Shown piece by piece: positions 62,301-64,000 of a DNA stretch of 64,000 nucleotides. This stretch comes from Candidatus Woesearchaeota archaeon. GTDB lineage: Archaea; Nanobdellota; Nanobdellia; Woesearchaeales; GCA-2686295. The translations under genes and the position numbers were made by a program. The DNA lies in contig JADHVI010000003.1 in the NCBI GenBank assembly GCA_016784125.1, forward strand, positions 7,241-71,240, given 5' to 3'. How positions within the stretch are numbered: the stretch's first letter is position 1; the number at the start of each line of letters is the position of its first letter. Below the pieces are notes generated by a model that was given only the letters and a program-made list of their open reading frames with translations, did no database searches and was not told where the DNA came from.

Positions 62301-62449
62301 GGGATGTAGTTTGCGTAGGGTGGACCATCCAATAAGAAGTAGCTCTCTCCCTTAGCGTTTTGTTTCTCCAAAAGTTTTAGAAGATCAATTTTCTTCCAAA
62401 AAGCTCCTATCTCTTTTTCGACTTTGCTGAAGTCATAACTTTCGTTCAT
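59324..62449 (-). CDS. ileS: isoleucyl-tRNA synthetase
   Basis: HIGH (PPYANYIPHVGH), GFDTHGLPIE, KMSKS (KMSKSVGNV); 1041 aa is typical of archaeal IleRS. Confidence 0.88.
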   Translation of the reverse strand: MNESYDFSKVEKEIGAFWKKIDLLKLLEKQNAKGESYFLLDGPPYANYIPHVGHIRNTVYKDAYVRWNFMKGKKVLFQPGFDTHGLPIENMVEKKLKLKSKKDIEKYGIAKFMKTCRESATLNKDLWLDVYDKLGSWYSWKSPYLTYNNSYIESAWWAFKKFWDKGMVYEGKKPVFWCPKCQTALAGYEVTDSYKQMTDPSVYVKFKVKGTKNDFLLVFTTTPWTLPANVAICAHPDKEYVKVETGKGNLILAKNRLTLLKEIDIEYKVLETFKGTKLDGLQYESILDVPVQKELSKNPNALKVYMSIPILKERVASKVAAKKGIKTGDVFEDFVTVEDGSGLVHSAPGHGKTDHEIGKHYNLPNISPLDDACCFTDDAGKYQGEFVKQADHAIMEDMHKAGSLLNFSKIEHSYPVCWRCKSPLIFRLSKQWFLKIEDIRNKMLSANKKVEWQPEFAKERFEAWVSNAEDWNFSRQRYWGIPIPIWKCECGEIKSVGSLKELEKEASGKIPKDFDLHTVNNVMLKCGACKKDMTRINDIFDVWFDSGCSTFASLHYPFENKELFENNYPVSRINESQDQIRGWFYSLMFVGIGVFDKSPYETVSMPGWVLDSKGEKMSKSVGNVVTAKDALKNHGADALRLYYCWDIDPSSTQKFSLETIKTEVSRILNTLWNLHIYLLSQNAKVSSVESKEVEDKWILSRLNTTIREAREQFESFNLHLVGRTIQNFVVDDLSRTYVQLIRNRLDNDKNPLNVINHCVLKIISLMASITPYISEKIYQNLKCLNKLKESVHLEIIPEPGKSDLSLEKAMSVTQEVIAATLACRDKSKMGVRWPLGEVMIDADKKIVENIKPLEALLMKQVNVKKISIGKIKCDFEIKPNFRNIGKEFGTDTGTIAETIAKSKSDIAKTLQTKDSVKVGKFELKKEHFDITQIPPKNTEVSSFKGGQVMLSTLVTNELEVEGFARDTIRRIQQLRKDSGFKKEESIKACINTDVNLSPFKDEIKKKIGATEITIGLDAKKLKYLADKTVRDKKIVVSIDKK

Positions 62450-62663
62450 ATTTTCTCCCTCACTATCTTGTTTTTCTTATTCTTTTATATTAATTTCTAT
62501 ATTATATTAACATTCCCCAGCTAAAATGCTAGAGATACAACTAAATAATAATAGAAATTATATTGGCGATGCTTGTATGTGCCATAAAGAGAAGTTATAA
62601 CAAGGAATATTTAAAGTTTTCTGAAGCACAAACTATATAAAACTTGTATTCCTATCTGTTCTC

Positions 62664-63359
62664 ATGAAAAAGGCTGCAGTGTGTCTGAAGGATCATTCAA
62701 AGCTGAACTATATGAAAGGAGTTCTCAAAAATAAAGGGTTGACCTATGTTAGTAAAGATCCTCAATTTGTCATTGCATTTGGAGGGGATGGTTCATTACT
62801 CTATTCTGAAAGAAAGTTTCCAGGTGTGCCTAAACTCTTGATTAAAGATAGCAAGAGATGCAACAAATGTGTTGGTGACAACGAAGAAACAGTTCTAGAT
62901 CTTATTAGAATGAATGCTTACAAAATAACAGAGGCACCTAAAATTGAGGCTGTTTTCAATGGTGATCGAATGATTGCGATGAATGATATTGTTATTCGGA
63001 ATAAGACTCCAAACCAAGCTATCCGGATGGAAATCTGGATTAATGGTCATAAAAAACATGAGGAATTCTTAGGTGATGGATTAGTCATATCAACTCCTTA
63101 TGGTTCAACGGCTTACTTTAAATCAATAACTCGAACGAGCTTTGATGAAGGAATTGGAATTGCTTTTAATAATCCAATTGAGGAGCATGGACCAGTTTTT
63201 CTGGAAGGCTTAGAGAGGTTGAAAGTTAAGTTTTTAAGAGGAAGTGCTCAAATTACTGCTGATAATGATCCTAAGATTCGCACATTGAAACAAGGAGAAA
63301 CAATTAGTGTGGGAAAAGCAAAAGAAATTACTAAACTAATTAATATCAAAGGCTTTTAA
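62664..63359 (+). CDS. nadK: NAD(+) kinase
   Basis: GGDGSLLY (GGDG motif) and NE/DGD...TPYGSTAY substrate-binding region. Confidence 0.8.
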   Translation: MKKAAVCLKDHSKLNYMKGVLKNKGLTYVSKDPQFVIAFGGDGSLLYSERKFPGVPKLLIKDSKRCNKCVGDNEETVLDLIRMNAYKITEAPKIEAVFNGDRMIAMNDIVIRNKTPNQAIRMEIWINGHKKHEEFLGDGLVISTPYGSTAYFKSITRTSFDEGIGIAFNNPIEEHGPVFLEGLERLKVKFLRGSAQITADNDPKIRTLKQGETISVGKAKEITKLINIKGF

Positions 63360-63375
63360 TGTGGAGGTTCAAAAA

Positions 63376-63810
63376 ATGATTGCAACAATTAAACATGGCT
63401 GCCCAATATGTCGTAGTGATGTAAAAGGAGATAAGAAGAACAAATATTTCTGTAAGAAATGTAATATTCTATACGATGAAGATCACATAAGGAAAGGAAA
63501 AGTCGTAATCTCACAATCAGAGAAAGTCGAGACGTTAAAAGTCGAACGAGAAAAAGGATATCTCTATTTTATAGACAAACAAGGAGATGTATCCCGGGTT
63601 AAAAGAGCAAAGAGCAGAGCTGACAAAGGTGCTAAAATACATGAAAAAGTGAAGGAAGTTGGCTTGAAGAAAGAGAAAGGTTACTTGTACTACTTGGATT
63701 CTGAAGGAGATGTTTCACGTAGTCCTATGAATAGAGGGAAAAACTATACTCCTAATAAAGAAGTCCTTGTAGGAACAGAAACATTAACAGAGAAAAAACA
63801 TGATTCTTAA
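63376..63810 (+). CDS. zinc-ribbon protein with two internal GYLY(F/Y)xDxxGDVSR repeats
   Basis: CPICRS...CKKCN zinc ribbon; repeats EKGYLYFIDKQGDVSRV and EKGYLYYLDSEGDVSRS; GGAGG RBS before ATG 63376 (ORF-track start 63361 is GTG). Confidence 0.45.
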   Translation: MIATIKHGCPICRSDVKGDKKNKYFCKKCNILYDEDHIRKGKVVISQSEKVETLKVEREKGYLYFIDKQGDVSRVKRAKSRADKGAKIHEKVKEVGLKKEKGYLYYLDSEGDVSRSPMNRGKNYTPNKEVLVGTETLTEKKHDS

Positions 63811-63819
63811 GGTGAACAA

Positions 63820-64000
63820 ATGTTTATACATAACATAAATCCGGTGCTAGTAAGCATTGGTGCTATAGAGATAAGATATTACAGTTTAGCTTATATCTTA
63901 GGATTTCTCCTAGCTTATTGGTTACTCTGGAAAGCAGCAGATAAGAAACTAATTGAAAACCTCACAAAAAAAGGTGTGGATGATTTAGTTGTCTACTTGA
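63820..64000 (+). CDS. lgt: prolipoprotein diacylglyceryl transferase (Lgt)-like, 5' partial at window end
   Basis: INPVLVSIGAIEIRYYSLAYILGFLLAYWLLWKAADKK closely parallels the Lgt N-terminus (E. coli [35 protein letters not shown]); AGGTGA RBS. Confidence 0.6.
   Translation, partial: MFIHNINPVLVSIGAIEIRYYSLAYILGFLLAYWLLWKAADKKLIENLTKKGVDDLVVYL

Overview
This is an AT-rich (~30% GC) chromosomal segment that is clearly archaeal. It carries a 16S-tRNA-Ala-23S rRNA operon on the minus strand at about 13.65-18.33 kb, with no linked 5S rRNA. Housekeeping genes include ftsZ, ATP-dependent DNA ligase, a bacterial-type uvrA-uvrC-uvrB operon, TFE, TyrRS, IleRS and NAD kinase. The exosome/proteasome superoperon is present as Pop5-psmA-SBDS-rrp4-rrp41-rrp42-rpoK. 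An intron-containing tRNA-Thr(CGU) is predicted. Accessory content includes a NitT/TauT-type ABC transporter, many small regulators (Lrp, TrmB, AbrB/PhoU-like, XRE-CBS), five class-I SAM methyltransferases, two B12-binding radical SAM enzymes, and a sugar-nucleotide cluster (RHH-NTase, PGM/PMM, HAD-NTase fusion, HddA-like GHMP kinase). The last annotated ORF is a bacterial-type Lgt fragment. The most interesting region is 52.6-59.3 kb. It contains a RiPP-like cluster with a PqqD-like RRE protein, a GT2 fused to an HprK-related P-loop kinase, a PF14907-like nucleotidyltransferase, a B12-radical SAM, a SAM methyltransferase, an S24/S26-like peptidase, and an unannotated 29-aa Lys-rich, Cys-rich candidate precursor peptide. 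This looks like an HprK/PqqD peptide-modification system that lacks lasso-cyclase genes and has not been described in archaea as far as I know. Other oddities are short upstream ORFs that duplicate the N-terminal codons of uvrA and of the SBDS gene, a 3 x 69-bp tandem hairpin repeat between convergent genes, tandem HAD paralogs with duplicated promoters, an in-frame TAA near the 5' end of a 2-hydroxyacid dehydrogenase, and unusual domain fusions (MTase-MGMT, RHH-NTase). No CRISPR array, transposase or integrase was seen.
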